A stretch of DNA of 64,000 bases. It comes from Mobula hypostoma (lineage: Eukaryota). Shown here piece by piece: positions 63,680-64,000 of the stretch. Numbering within the stretch: the stretch's first letter is position 1; each line of letters opens with the position of its first letter. The notes beneath the pieces were generated by a model. The model was given only the letters and a program-made list of their open reading frames with translations, did not search any database and was not told the DNA's origin. Location: contig NC_086097.1 in assembly GCF_963921235.1 (NCBI RefSeq), positions 13,082,001 to 13,146,000 on the forward strand. The letters run 5' to 3'. The position numbers and the translations under genes are program-made.

Positions 63680-64000
63680 TGTTTACAGTGAGGATTGTAG
63701 GGACTCCCCACCACTGAAGACATCTTCAAAAGACAGTGCCTCAAAAAGGCGGCATCACTCATTAAAGACCCTCCCATCCAGACCATCCCCTCTCGTTGTC
63801 ACTGTCATCACGGAGCAGGTAAAGGAGCCCGAAGACCTACACTCAACACTTCAGGAATAGCTTCTTACCCTCTGTCATCAGATTATTGAACAGTCCTTGA
63901 ACCGATGAAAGCTACTTCACGATTCCTCTTCTGTATTATTTATTGATTTTATTTTATTGCAACTCATAGATATGTATTTTATGTATTTCATTGTACTGTG
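63680..64000 (+). mobile_element. Rex1/Babar 3' fragment
   Basis: LPTTEDIFKRQCLKKAASLIKDPPI frame, then RNSFLPSVIRLLN. Confidence 0.75.

Noticed and set aside
1..64000. Prokaryotic systems (CRISPR array, operon, retron, defence island)
   Set aside because: The sequence is eukaryotic and repeat-rich. There are no regular repeat-spacer arrays, and all RT ORFs are LINE or Penelope type.

Overview
Eukaryotic, vertebrate non-coding DNA (intergenic or deep intronic), dominated by nested transposable elements. The repeat repertoire points to a cartilaginous fish, probably a ray; this is inferred from recalled repeat families, not from a database search. It includes V-SINE/HE1-like SINEs, many CR1 LINEs, Rex1/Babar LINEs and Neptune-type Penelope elements. 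No host protein-coding exon could be identified with confidence, and every recognisable ORF is a TE fragment. Highlights: (1) a Penelope element with ~1.07 kb inverted arms, plus many minimal hammerhead-ribozyme motifs, including three ~90-bp insertions that all start at the ribozyme boundary; (2) an R4/Dong-clade RLE-endonuclease fragment inserted in a (TAA)n tract, inside a four-element nest; (3) a composite Tc1-type element made of tiny TIR-TIR hairpins flanking captured DNA, in three copies; (4) bipartite non-autonomous LINE derivatives; (5) a hAT transposase remnant and an L1 3' end; (6) unique islands with dense transcription-factor motifs, the best being a GC-box/E-box/D-box-like/CCAAT cluster at ~38835-38872. 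Repeat boundaries were read by eye and are approximate.
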